DNA of 24,205 bases from a virus (taxonomy: Duplodnaviria > Caudoviricetes), in IMG/VR virus record IMGVR_UViG_3300045580_000107, positions 1 through 24,205 of that record; one strand, written 5' to 3'. The notes below the pieces were generated by a model, which was not told the DNA's origin, searched no databases, and saw only the letters and a list, made by a program, of their open reading frames with translations. How positions within the stretch are numbered: the stretch's first letter is position 1; each line of letters begins with the position of its first letter. Below, piece by piece: positions 7,482 through 14,915 of this stretch. The position numbers and the translations under genes are program-made.

Positions 7482-8761
7482 AGGGAATGGGGTGGGTATT
7501 CGTTGGCTTTGGTGTAGGGAAGGTGGCATTGGACCTCGGCAATTCCAAGGGACCCGTTGCGGTTCTTTCGGACGATGACCTCCATAAGGTCGGACGGCTG
7601 GCTTTTGTCGTGTTCGTAGGGTCGGTAAACAAAGCCAATTTTGTCAGCATCAAACTCCAACTGCCCCGTTTCCCGAAGGTCGGACATTATCGGCCGATGG
7701 TCGCTGCGTCCTTCCGTCGCACGGGATAGGGATGACACCACGACCCCGAACACCTTCTGCCTCTTGCAGATGGCTTTGAGGGTCTTGCTGATGTTTGTCA
7801 TCTGCTCAATTTTGGGCTTGGCCTTATCTATTTTGGTCGGTTCTACAAGTTGGAGGTAGTCAAGGTAGAATCCACAAATCCCGTACTTGGTCTTGAGTTT
7901 GGCGATTTCGCCTTCAATGCGGTCCAAGTTGGCTTGGTGCAGGTCCACGATATACAACGGCTTGGACTTTAGAAGGTCCGCTTTTTGGCCGAGGTCCATG
8001 AAATCTTTTGTGCTGATTCGCTCGGTCGGATTGAGGAACGCCGCCCCGTCCATAGTGGCGAGGTTGGAAAGCATCCGCTGGGTCAGTTGCTCCGCTGACA
8101 TTTCCAGCGTGAAGAATACTACGGGGATATCGGCCATGGCTTGGTTCATGGCTATCTGCAAAGCCAAGAGGGTCTTGCCCATTGCAGGCCTGCCGCCCAA
8201 GAGGATGAACTCGGTAAGCTTGAACCCCGTGAGCATTCGGTCCATTGGGCTGATGTAAGTCGGGAAGATGGAATCCTTGCGCCTGCCTTCCCTTACCTCA
8301 TTCATGTTTAGGAGAAACGCCTTGGCGAGTTCGTGGGCGGTGGTTTCCGAGGCGTTGGTTTCAATCGCTTGCATGGACTGGTACCTGGCAAAGGCTTTGG
8401 GTATGTCACGGTCATGGGCGAGTTCATCCATGATGCGTTGTTCTTCCCGCTGCTTCCAAGCCTCGTTGAGGTCGGAGGCGTACACCTTCCAATCGGAGGT
8501 CAGGGTGTTCCCGTCCAGTATGTCCACAAAGTCGGCTATCACATGGGCTTGACCGTTGTCGATGAGGTATTTGTGAACGGCTACCAGGTCAACGGGTCGC
8601 TCCGCTCGATGCAGGGCTTCAATGGCCCTGTAAACAAGGACATGGTTTCCTGTAAACAATCGCTCTGGAATTTGCAGAAGGAGGACCGCTCGGTTGATAA
8701 ACTGGTCCATGAGGCAGGACAGGAGCCTGCGTTCAGCGGTAAGATGGTAGGGGTTCGTCAT
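7478..8761 (-). CDS. dnaB: Replicative DNA helicase, DnaB family
   Basis: GGRPAMGKT (Walker A), FFTLEMS, DYLQL, SSLSR, SDLRETGQLEFDAD, KNRNG. Confidence 0.95.
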   Translation of the reverse strand: MTNPYHLTAERRLLSCLMDQFINRAVLLLQIPERLFTGNHVLVYRAIEALHRAERPVDLVAVHKYLIDNGQAHVIADFVDILDGNTLTSDWKVYASDLNEAWKQREEQRIMDELAHDRDIPKAFARYQSMQAIETNASETTAHELAKAFLLNMNEVREGRRKDSIFPTYISPMDRMLTGFKLTEFILLGGRPAMGKTLLALQIAMNQAMADIPVVFFTLEMSAEQLTQRMLSNLATMDGAAFLNPTERISTKDFMDLGQKADLLKSKPLYIVDLHQANLDRIEGEIAKLKTKYGICGFYLDYLQLVEPTKIDKAKPKIEQMTNISKTLKAICKRQKVFGVVVSSLSRATEGRSDHRPIMSDLRETGQLEFDADKIGFVYRPYEHDKSQPSDLMEVIVRKNRNGSLGIAEVQCHLPYTKANEYPPHSL

Positions 8762-9437
8762 CGGTTTGGTTTAGTGGGTTGAAGGTAGCGGTTCGGGGGA
8801 TTACTTGGTCCTCCCATCGGGCTTGGTTGATGTAGGTCGCTGCGTGGGGTACGAACTGGATGGGAGTTTCGGAGTAGAGCCGTCCGATGTTTGCGATGGC
8901 CTTCTGCTGGTCCTCGTCCTTGAGTTTGGCAAAGGCTTTGGATGCGGCCTGCTTGGATGTCTTCCTTGGGTACAAGGCCCAAAATTGGTCAAAAAGGACA
9001 CAACCACTTTCTCCTCTCTTCTTCTCTTCTCTTCTCTTCTCTTCTCTATTGAACATAGGTTCAACCTTAGTTGAAGGTAGGTTCAACATAGGTTCAACCT
9101 TGGTTGAATTTTCTTCAACCTTTGCTGACCTCCTTTCGGCACTCCGCTTGCCCGCTTGGGACATCTTGGTCCGATGCAGGTTGGCTTCCTCCCATTGGAT
9201 GTCAAGGAACTTGATGAACACCGACGGCCCGTTGGATTCTACCAGTCGGGTTTGGAGTAACCGTTCAAGATGCCCATCGGCTTCCAGTTCGGCGTGGTCG
9301 GTTGACATCTCGCATTCTGCGTTCCAATAGACGCAGCAGAGTCGGATGAAGGCCACCTGCACTTCGGCGGGTTGGCGGGATATTCGGCCCATCATCCAAT
9401 CGGCTGGGCAGAACTTAAACCATGATATTTGCTTCAT
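8733..9437 (-). CDS. Phage replication initiator (YdaU/DUF1376-like N-terminus)
   Basis: WFKF.P.DW..G...LCC.YW; central low-complexity linker with iterons and REEKRREEK; C-terminal FDQFW.LYPRK.SK..A.KAF.KL...PH.ATY.NQ.RWED; directly upstream of dnaB. Confidence 0.85.
   Translation of the reverse strand: MKQISWFKFCPADWMMGRISRQPAEVQVAFIRLCCVYWNAECEMSTDHAELEADGHLERLLQTRLVESNGPSVFIKFLDIQWEEANLHRTKMSQAGKRSAERRSAKVEENSTKVEPMLNLPSTKVEPMFNREEKRREEKKRGESGCVLFDQFWALYPRKTSKQAASKAFAKLKDEDQQKAIANIGRLYSETPIQFVPHAATYINQARWEDQVIPRTATFNPLNQTDDEPLPSYR
9014..9121. repeat. Putative replication origin: iterons plus pyrimidine tract inside the initiator gene
   Basis: AACATAGGTTCAACCTT(A/G)GTTGAA at 9052-9075 and 9085-9108 (33-bp period), each with a TTCAAC..GTTGAA inverted repeat; extra TTCAACCTT near 9114; (CTTCT)n run at 9014-9046. 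Confidence 0.7.
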
Positions 9438-9441
9438 GAGT

Positions 9442-9476
9442 AAAAAAAAGCCCCAACTGGTAGAGGCAGTCGGGGC
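9442..9476 (-). terminator. Intrinsic terminator (attenuator) 4 nt upstream of the initiator ATG
   Basis: GCCCCGACTG-CCTCTAC-CAGTTGGGGC followed by T8. Confidence 0.9.
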
Positions 9477-9545
9477 AGGGTTAGTTGAGGAACCCTTTTA
9501 TCTAAACGACTTGCTGACCTCTACTTCAGCAAACCGCCTTTATTG
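9442..9545 (-). ncRNA. Structured three-hairpin leader with loop-loop complementarity
   Basis: Hairpin 1 TTGCTGA-AGTAGAGG-TCAGCAA; hairpin 2 AGGGTT-CCTCAACT-AACCCT; terminator loop CCTCTAC is the exact complement of GTAGAGG in loop 1. Confidence 0.75.
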
Positions 9546-9570
9546 CAAATGTAATCTTTGGGCAAAGTTA
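9546..9570 (-). promoter_or_regulatory. Two tandem -7 boxes (TAACTTTG 9563-9570, TACATTTG 9546-9553)
   Basis: Both exact TAnnTTTG, upstream of the structured leader; overlapped by the inverted repeat GTAATCTTTG-GG-CAAAGTTAC. Confidence 0.65.
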
Positions 9571-9572
9571 CA

Positions 9573-9815
9573 CTAAAACGGCATGTCTCCAGCCTGTGGC
9601 TCAAAAGCATTGGCGGGACGGGATTCGTTCATCGGCTCAACTTTGCCTGACAGGAACTTCTTGCCTGACTGCCCTTCCTTGACCCATGCGGATAGCCGCA
9701 TCTTGGTACCGTCTGGAAGGATAATGTCCCCACGGTAATCGGGGCGTTTCGGATTGTCGCCCTTATCGTTGGCGAAAAGAGAGAAGGTGTTTGGTTGGGG
9801 TTGATAGTTGCTCAT
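9573..9815 (-). CDS. Putative ssDNA-binding protein (DUF736-like)
   Basis: LF.NDK....RPDYRG...LSAW.K...GKKFLS with acidic-aromatic tail GDMPF. Confidence 0.7.
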   Translation of the reverse strand: MSNYQPQPNTFSLFANDKGDNPKRPDYRGDIILPDGTKMRLSAWVKEGQSGKKFLSGKVEPMNESRPANAFEPQAGDMPF

Positions 9816-10237
9816 GGGTTTTTGGTTGGGGTTTGGTTTACTAATTTATTCATGATTTCGGTAAGTTTGAATACCTGCTGGGCAAGAGATTCAACGGTCA
9901 ACTCTTGGACACTTGCAGGCTCTTCGGTAAATAGTTCAGGGCTTGATTTGGATTTTACCTTTGATTGGTTTGCTCTTTTTGTTTGGGCATCGTAGCAGTT
10001 TACGCAAATTTCAAGCGATGGGCCAACTTGACTGACTGCTTTGTATTTGCCGTAAGCCACTTTCTCAATAACTCCAGCAGCAACAAAATAGTCGTGAAGG
10101 TTATTCCCAGCGTTCATTGAATACGCTAATGCTTTAATTCTTTTTGTTGGTGTAGGGTCTTTGCAAATGAACCAAAGAACGGTTCCGTACAAATAGGCTT
10201 TTTGATTCCTTCGGTTTTCATTTAGAGATGTTTTCAT
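9812..10237 (-). CDS. Hypothetical protein (AT-rich)
   Basis: 141 aa, ATGA-coupled, CTAAACC-ATG start context. Confidence 0.7.
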   Translation of the reverse strand: MKTSLNENRRNQKAYLYGTVLWFICKDPTPTKRIKALAYSMNAGNNLHDYFVAAGVIEKVAYGKYKAVSQVGPSLEICVNCYDAQTKRANQSKVKSKSSPELFTEEPASVQELTVESLAQQVFKLTEIMNKLVNQTPTKNP

Positions 10238-10460
10238 GGTTTAGGGTTTTGATTTGGTTGGGTTGAATTGAGTATTTGCAGTTTTCTTGCACGAGCCAAT
10301 TTGAGGCCCGTAAATCGCTTAGAATGCGGTAGGTGGTACGCATATTAAGGCCAAGCACTTCGGCGAGTTCTACGGCCCTGTATGGGCGTTGTGCGAGGTA
10401 CGACACGGCGTAGATGGTGGCGACCCTTCGTTGGATTTCTTTTCCTTTAGGTTTGGGCAT
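10218..10460 (-). CDS. Winged HTH DNA-binding protein
   Basis: ELAEVLGLNMRTTYRILSDL...W; start trimmed to ATG 10460. Confidence 0.75.
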   Translation of the reverse strand: MPKPKGKEIQRRVATIYAVSYLAQRPYRAVELAEVLGLNMRTTYRILSDLRASNWLVQENCKYSIQPNQIKTLNHENISK

Positions 10461-10462
10461 GG

Positions 10463-10684
10463 TTAGGGGTTTATAGTTAGCCAGTAGTAAGTCCTGTCGC
10501 ATTGCAGCCACCCCGTTGCTTTGAGGTGCGTGATGATTCGGTAGGTTTGGCGGAGGGGCAAATCTACGGCCTCGGCCAATCGTTCAACACGCATCGGCTT
10601 GTTGAGCAGAAGGTACACGGCCTTGACCGTTGCGTTGCGGTTTCGGCGTTGGGAGCCTTTCTTTTGGATGGGTTGCTCGGGCAT
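10463..10684 (-). CDS. Winged HTH DNA-binding protein (paralog of neighbour)
   Basis: RLAEAVDLPLRQTYRIITHL...GW. Confidence 0.75.
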   Translation of the reverse strand: MPEQPIQKKGSQRRNRNATVKAVYLLLNKPMRVERLAEAVDLPLRQTYRIITHLKATGWLQCDRTYYWLTINP

Positions 10685-10687
10685 GGG

Positions 10688-10996
10688 TTAGGGGATTAGT
10701 TGGTATTTGCGTCCGTTGTGTTCAATGATTTCGGGGATGCGGTTGTCTATGATTGTACCATACGAATTTTCATAGTAGATTTGATTACCTTGAGAATCGA
10801 ATTCCCGCTTTACCCAAAATCCAGTTGAGTCGTCATGGTAGATTTCATTACCCTTCAAATCGTATTGAGTCTTTGCCCACCATCCATCTGAAAGTTCTCG
10901 GTAGATAAATCTACAATTCTTGTCCTTGATTGCTAAAGGACCATTCTTCTCAAAATCCCACTTTAGCCATTGGCCGATTGTTTGTCCGTCTTTCAT
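10688..10996 (-). CDS. Hypothetical repeat protein (W.K..YD..GN.IY.E.S.G units)
   Basis: 102 aa, AT-rich, about three ~22-aa repeats. Confidence 0.75.
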   Translation of the reverse strand: MKDGQTIGQWLKWDFEKNGPLAIKDKNCRFIYRELSDGWWAKTQYDLKGNEIYHDDSTGFWVKREFDSQGNQIYYENSYGTIIDNRIPEIIEHNGRKYQLIP

Positions 10997-10998
10997 GG

Positions 10999-11448
10999 TT
11001 AAGTGGTCTTAAAAGTTACTGCGATGGATGGTTTTGTCCCTTTGGCGGGACATACGGGAACCGCTTCGCCCGTCGCTTCGTCGTACATCGTAGCCTTGCC
11101 AGCGTTGCGGAAGGCCATCTTGAGCAGTTCTTCCCTTGCCTTTATGGATGCCTGCAAGTCGCTCCATTGCTGGTCGTGCGTGTAGTCGGGAGTCAGCGCC
11201 CCCTCCTTGATTTGGATTTCTGCACCGAAGGCAGAGAATGTCTTGCCGTGCTTTTCAGCCTCGTCCCGAACGATGTCCTCGGTGGATTTGAGGACTTGCT
11301 CCAGGGCTTTGACGACTGCTTTGAGGCGCACATGGGCGGCGATGGGGTTTACCTCGCCTTCCTCGATGCGGTGGATGAGGTTGGCGGCGATGTCGGCGAT
11401 GTCAGCCTTGCTGATGTCGCTCTTGGGGATGGTGACTAAGTGGTTCAT
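10999..11448 (-). CDS. Hypothetical phage protein (recombination module)
   Basis: Helical protein; start trimmed to ATG 11448 (ATGA overlap with the upstream stop at 11445). Confidence 0.75.
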   Translation of the reverse strand: MNHLVTIPKSDISKADIADIAANLIHRIEEGEVNPIAAHVRLKAVVKALEQVLKSTEDIVRDEAEKHGKTFSAFGAEIQIKEGALTPDYTHDQQWSDLQASIKAREELLKMAFRNAGKATMYDEATGEAVPVCPAKGTKPSIAVTFKTT

Positions 11449-11684
11449 GGCATTACGGTTGTTTGTTGAGATTGGAAGAGGAGGTGGAAATAATGGATTT
11501 TGCCGTTCCAAATTTTGTTGGGAAGATTGGCTGAAAATTGTAGTATTTCAAGTCCATTCATATCAATCCAGTGTTGACGCTTTTGTAAGACGGCGATAAG
11601 TTGTTCGCCAATAGCGGGGTACTCAGATTTGATTTCAAGGATGGCTTTGAATACATCGGCGTTGCATTGTTCAAGTAAGGTCAT
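11445..11684 (-). CDS. Hypothetical protein
   Basis: 79 aa, tightly packed between neighbours. Confidence 0.65.
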   Translation of the reverse strand: MTLLEQCNADVFKAILEIKSEYPAIGEQLIAVLQKRQHWIDMNGLEILQFSANLPNKIWNGKIHYFHLLFQSQQTTVMP

Positions 11685-11687
11685 AGT

Positions 11688-12326
11688 CTATTTTTTAGAG
11701 AGTTGGTTTTGGATGAATGCGATGCCTTTCTCAAAACGGGCGGGGGTCATTTGGTCAATGTCCTTGATGAACCGCTCCTGCTGGTCGGCGGGCAACTTCT
11801 GCACCAGTTTGAGGAAGTCGCTTTTGAGGGTCGCAACGGTTAGGTCGTCGTAGGATGGAACGAGGCCGAGGCGGTCGTTGAGGTCCAGCAGGTTAGCGTT
11901 GGCGGGCTTGGGGGCCGCTCCGTGCTTGCCTTTGTACACATCAATCCCAATCCCAATCCAAGACGCAATCTTGGTAATGGCATCCGTTGTCGCACCCTTG
12001 GCGGCATCCCCTGGGTCGGAGTTGGTGCTGGATGCAATGCACTCGTAGTAGATGTCGTGGGCGGGAACGGTGAAGATGGTCTTGACGACCGCCGTGTACT
12101 CAATGCGCTCACGGCCTGCATTGGTCGTGGTGTGGACGGTTGTAATGGGGCTGGATAGGTCGGTCTTGACGACCCACGCACCGACACCAAAAACTTGGTT
12201 GAGGCGTTCGGTCACGAAGATGCCCTTGATAGTGGACAGGCCCGCCATTCGGGGATGAGCGGCAATGGCTTCGGGTGGAAGTGGCTCGGCAATCCTGGCG
12301 AGTTGTTCGGGGGATAGTGGCTTCAT
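11688..12326 (-). CDS. Rad52/Sak-like single-strand annealing protein
   Basis: L..PLP...I.....LSTIK..FVTERLN.VFG.GAW and DAAKGATTDAITK.AS..GIG.DVY are Rad52/22-family signatures. Confidence 0.8.
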   Translation of the reverse strand: MKPLSPEQLARIAEPLPPEAIAAHPRMAGLSTIKGIFVTERLNQVFGVGAWVVKTDLSSPITTVHTTTNAGRERIEYTAVVKTIFTVPAHDIYYECIASSTNSDPGDAAKGATTDAITKIASWIGIGIDVYKGKHGAAPKPANANLLDLNDRLGLVPSYDDLTVATLKSDFLKLVQKLPADQQERFIKDIDQMTPARFEKGIAFIQNQLSKK

Positions 12327-12329
12327 AAT

Positions 12330-12470
12330 TTAGGATGGATTTTGGATTAATGTAATTTTAACGGATTGATGGTCTGCGAGTAATTCAAATATGATGCGGG
12401 CCGCCTCTAACTTGTTTGCACAAATTTGAGTGTAACCTTCGCCCCAACTAATTTTGTAAACCTTTTTCAT
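12330..12470 (-). CDS. Hypothetical protein (46 aa)
   Basis: Hand translation MKKVYKISWGEGYTQICANKLEAARIIFELLADHQSVKITLIQNPS*; fills the gap. Confidence 0.55.
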   Translation of the reverse strand: MKKVYKISWGEGYTQICANKLEAARIIFELLADHQSVKITLIQNPS

Positions 12471-12482
12471 TGCTTATTGGGT

Positions 12483-12602
12483 TTAGTGGGTGATAATTGC
12501 AAGGATGAATCTGCCGAAGAATGCGATGCCGAGCATGGTTGCCAGCAGGATGTAGCCCGTAATGAGGGCTGCTTTGAGTTTGGCTTGGGTTTCGTGGTTC
12601 AT
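12483..12602 (-). CDS. Small membrane protein (39 aa)
   Basis: Hand translation MNHETQAKLKAALITGYILLATMLGIAFFGRFILAIITH*; AAACCC-ATG context. Confidence 0.65.
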   Translation of the reverse strand: MNHETQAKLKAALITGYILLATMLGIAFFGRFILAIITH

Positions 12603-12628
12603 GGGTTTGAGGTTTGAGGTTAAAGAAT

Positions 12629-12653
12629 GTGCGTTGGCGAGTCGCACCCCTCG
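12629..12653 (-). other. Compact intergenic RNA structure (possible H-type pseudoknot)
   Basis: CGAG-GG-GTGCG-A-CTCG-CCAA-CGCAC: crossing stems CGAG/CTCG and GTGCG/CGCAC. Confidence 0.5.
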
Positions 12654-12658
12654 GTTGG

Positions 12659-12862
12659 TTAAAGTTTAAAATCCTGAATTTTTATGCCGTTTGAAGTTGG
12701 GTAATTCCCACATCCATCCTGCCATACTTCCCAAACTACACCGTTTACGTTGTAGTAGGTGTCGTTCCCTTTCATCCCAATATAGGATGAGGTTCTATTA
12801 TTATTAATAAATTCGGCAGCTGCGATTGTTACTTCTGGGTTTGTGTAAATTGATGTTCTCAT
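12659..12862 (-). CDS. Hypothetical protein, first gene of the early operon
   Basis: 67 aa, AT-rich, directly downstream of the promoter at 12894-12901. Confidence 0.7.
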   Translation of the reverse strand: MRTSIYTNPEVTIAAAEFINNNRTSSYIGMKGNDTYYNVNGVVWEVWQDGCGNYPTSNGIKIQDFKL

Positions 12863-12889
12863 GGTTTTTTGGTTTAGTGGTTGGTTTGT

Positions 12890-12902
12890 AGGTCAAAGAT
12901 AC
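12890..12902 (-). promoter_or_regulatory. Early leftward promoter core GTATCTTTGACCT
   Basis: Exact TAnnTTTG (12894-12901) at the divergence point; all 13 nt are identical to 22508-22520. Confidence 0.75.
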
Positions 12903-13006
12903 GGCGGTTTTCCTATTTGCGACCTCTCGTGTCATTTTTTTTTAAGTATTTGCACCCGATGCGGTATAAATTCCCATTTTTCGCCATATTTTGACGCTAT
13001 CGGGTA

Positions 13007-13014
13007 TAAATTTG
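13007..13014 (+). promoter_or_regulatory. Rightward -7 box TAAATTTG
   Basis: Exact TAnnTTTG 4 nt before ATG 13019; overlaps the second copy of direct repeat GGTATAAATT (12963-12972, 13003-13012). Confidence 0.65.
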
Positions 13015-13018
13015 CAGT

Positions 13019-13270
13019 ATGACCTACCACTCTACCCGACCCGCCAAAGCCCTCACGAATGCGTTGGAGCGGCTTATGATTGCGATATCCCCCCAAGACC
13101 TGGAGCAGAACCACGCCCTCCTGTGCGAGTATCGCAGGGCTTGCGAACTGCTGGGCTACGATCCAGCCAAAGCCCAATGGTCAGGGATCCACGAAGTGTC
13201 TGCATCCCAGTTACCCAAGGACGAAGACCACACCGTCTGCTATTACCCACTACTTAACCCCGAAGAATAA
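13019..13270 (+). CDS. Hypothetical protein
   Basis: 83 aa, 2 nt upstream of the amidase. Confidence 0.65.
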   Translation: MTYHSTRPAKALTNALERLMIAISPQDLEQNHALLCEYRRACELLGYDPAKAQWSGIHEVSASQLPKDEDHTVCYYPLLNPEE

Positions 13271-13272
13271 CC

Positions 13273-13698
13273 ATGCGAAACATCACCCACCTCGTCGTCC
13301 ATTGCACGGCCACACCGAAGAACACCACCATCGCATCCATCCGCCGCCATTGGAAGGAGGGGTTAGGTTGGAAGTCGGTGGGCTACCACAAAATCATTGA
13401 GGCCAACGGGAACATCCTCACCCTTGCGACCGATGACAAAGTGACCAACGGGGTTGCAGGACACAATGCTACATCCCTCCATGTGTCCTATATCGGCGGT
13501 AAGGATAGCGACGACCGCACCATTCAGCAACGCCAAGCCATCGCAGGAGTCCTACTCTCTTGGTTGCAGAAATATCCGAAGGCCCGCATTTGCGGACACA
13601 GGGACTTCCCAGGTGTGACCAAAGCCTGCCCGCAGTTTAATGCGGAGAAGGAGTACGGGTACCTTTACTTAACCGCCAACGATACGCAAGAGGGATAA
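13273..13698 (+). CDS. N-acetylmuramoyl-L-alanine amidase endolysin (T7 lysozyme-like, Amidase_2)
   Basis: LVVHCTAT, GW..VGYH, GV.GHN..S..V.Y.GG, GHRDF...KACP.F: zinc ligands His/His/Cys and catalytic Tyr/Lys. Confidence 0.93.
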   Translation: MRNITHLVVHCTATPKNTTIASIRRHWKEGLGWKSVGYHKIIEANGNILTLATDDKVTNGVAGHNATSLHVSYIGGKDSDDRTIQQRQAIAGVLLSWLQKYPKARICGHRDFPGVTKACPQFNAEKEYGYLYLTANDTQEG

Positions 13699-13705
13699 TT
13701 TGCGC

Positions 13706-13728
13706 AAGGTAGCGGATTCCGCTACTTT
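13706..13728. terminator. Inverted repeat between convergent genes (possible bidirectional terminator)
   Basis: AAGGTAGCGG-ATT-CCGCTACTTT; U-tracts are short. Confidence 0.5.
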
Positions 13729-13752
13729 AGGCGTACTATTACTTCGTACAAC

Positions 13753-14637
13753 TTAGTACAACCTATCCGCAGGCGTGAAGGTGGCGTGGAGTTGCAGTTC
13801 CGTGCCTTTGTTGTCTTTGCTGGCATTGCGGCTCGTTTCCAACTTCATCCAATAGCCTCCCAAAGGCTTCGGGCCTCGTCCTCGCTCAGTATGAAAGCCC
13901 ATGTAACCGCCGTCCCATTCCTCCTTGTAAGTCGCAGTACGCAGTTGGTGAACAGGCTTTTGAACGAGGGTCTTCTTGGGACGGTCATATTTGTGGATGA
14001 TGTTTTGGTGGTAGTAAAGTTCATGCACATGGCCCATCCAGGTCAAGTCGTAGCCTTCGCTGGATGCGAGGAGGCGTTGGTCTTGGATGACCCCCTTGGT
14101 GACTGGGCCACCCCCGCCTGCACCGTGGTAATAGTGAACCACGAAGTTCATCCCCCGATTGGGGTCGTGCTGCACTCGGATGTCAATGGTTCCTCCGTAG
14201 CCGCCAACTTCAACTGCTGACCCTGTTGCGTAGTTCAGCGTGCTTGCAAAGCGTTGCAGGATGTCGGTTTCTTGGTGGTGTATTATACTGGTTTCGTGGT
14301 TGCCATATCCAACCAGCAGCAAGTTCTTGGCGTAGGGTGCAAACCATTCCACCGCCGTGTTCACGATACTATCCAAGTACCTGGCATTGTTGTGTTCTTC
14401 ACGGATGTCTTCCTTGCTCCTGCGTGGGTCGCCTTTGCCTTGCATTAAACAAAAAAAGTCACCGTTGACGATGACTCCTGCGTTCCTGCGTTGTGCCTCT
14501 TTGAGGTGGTTGGTCAGCAGCCCCCTGTCGCAATGCGGGTTATCCCAATGCAGGTCGGAAATAAGTAGAAACTCCTGCCCCGATTGGCAGGTGACTTCGT
14601 GGATGTTTCGGGTGTGCTTGGTAAGTGGTAGAATCAT
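13753..14637 (-). CDS. Calcineurin-like metallophosphoesterase
   Basis: SDLHWD, NGD, GNHE, HG and GHVH motifs. Confidence 0.88.
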   Translation of the reverse strand: MILPLTKHTRNIHEVTCQSGQEFLLISDLHWDNPHCDRGLLTNHLKEAQRRNAGVIVNGDFFCLMQGKGDPRRSKEDIREEHNNARYLDSIVNTAVEWFAPYAKNLLLVGYGNHETSIIHHQETDILQRFASTLNYATGSAVEVGGYGGTIDIRVQHDPNRGMNFVVHYYHGAGGGGPVTKGVIQDQRLLASSEGYDLTWMGHVHELYYHQNIIHKYDRPKKTLVQKPVHQLRTATYKEEWDGGYMGFHTERGRGPKPLGGYWMKLETSRNASKDNKGTELQLHATFTPADRLY

Positions 14638-14909
14638 TGCATGGCTTTTAGTGATGCGTTTTCGGATTCAAGGGCGTGGATGGTAGATTCCAAACTCTCA
14701 ATCCGTTGACGCAAAACTAACAACTCATTGCGTAATTCTATTAACTCTTTGTTTTGTGCTTCGGCCGTAGCCTGCCACATAGCCAGCACCGCTTGGGCTT
14801 GCTTTACCTGCAAACTATCTGCCGTGAACTTTCCCTTGGTCAGCCAAGCAACTGCACCGCCAACGATTGCGCTGACCGTTCCGATGATAGTGGTTTCGAT
14901 TAGGTTCAC
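14634..14909 (-). CDS. N-terminal TM plus coiled-coil protein (lysis accessory, holin- or spanin-like)
   Basis: GTG start, IIGTVSAIVGGAVAWL helix followed by heptads; adjacent to the holin. Confidence 0.6.
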   Translation of the reverse strand: MNLIETTIIGTVSAIVGGAVAWLTKGKFTADSLQVKQAQAVLAMWQATAEAQNKELIELRNELLVLRQRIESLESTIHALESENASLKAMQ

Positions 14910-14915
14910 CCGTGC

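Noticed and set aside
9014-9121. CRISPR-like repeat array
   Set aside because: Only two 24-bp copies with a 9-bp gap, in frame within a gene, and no cas genes; fits iterons.
13741-13762. Tandem 10-mer ACTTCGTACA/ACTTAGTACA
   Set aside because: Two imperfect copies overlapping a stop codon; likely a local duplication with no supportable function.
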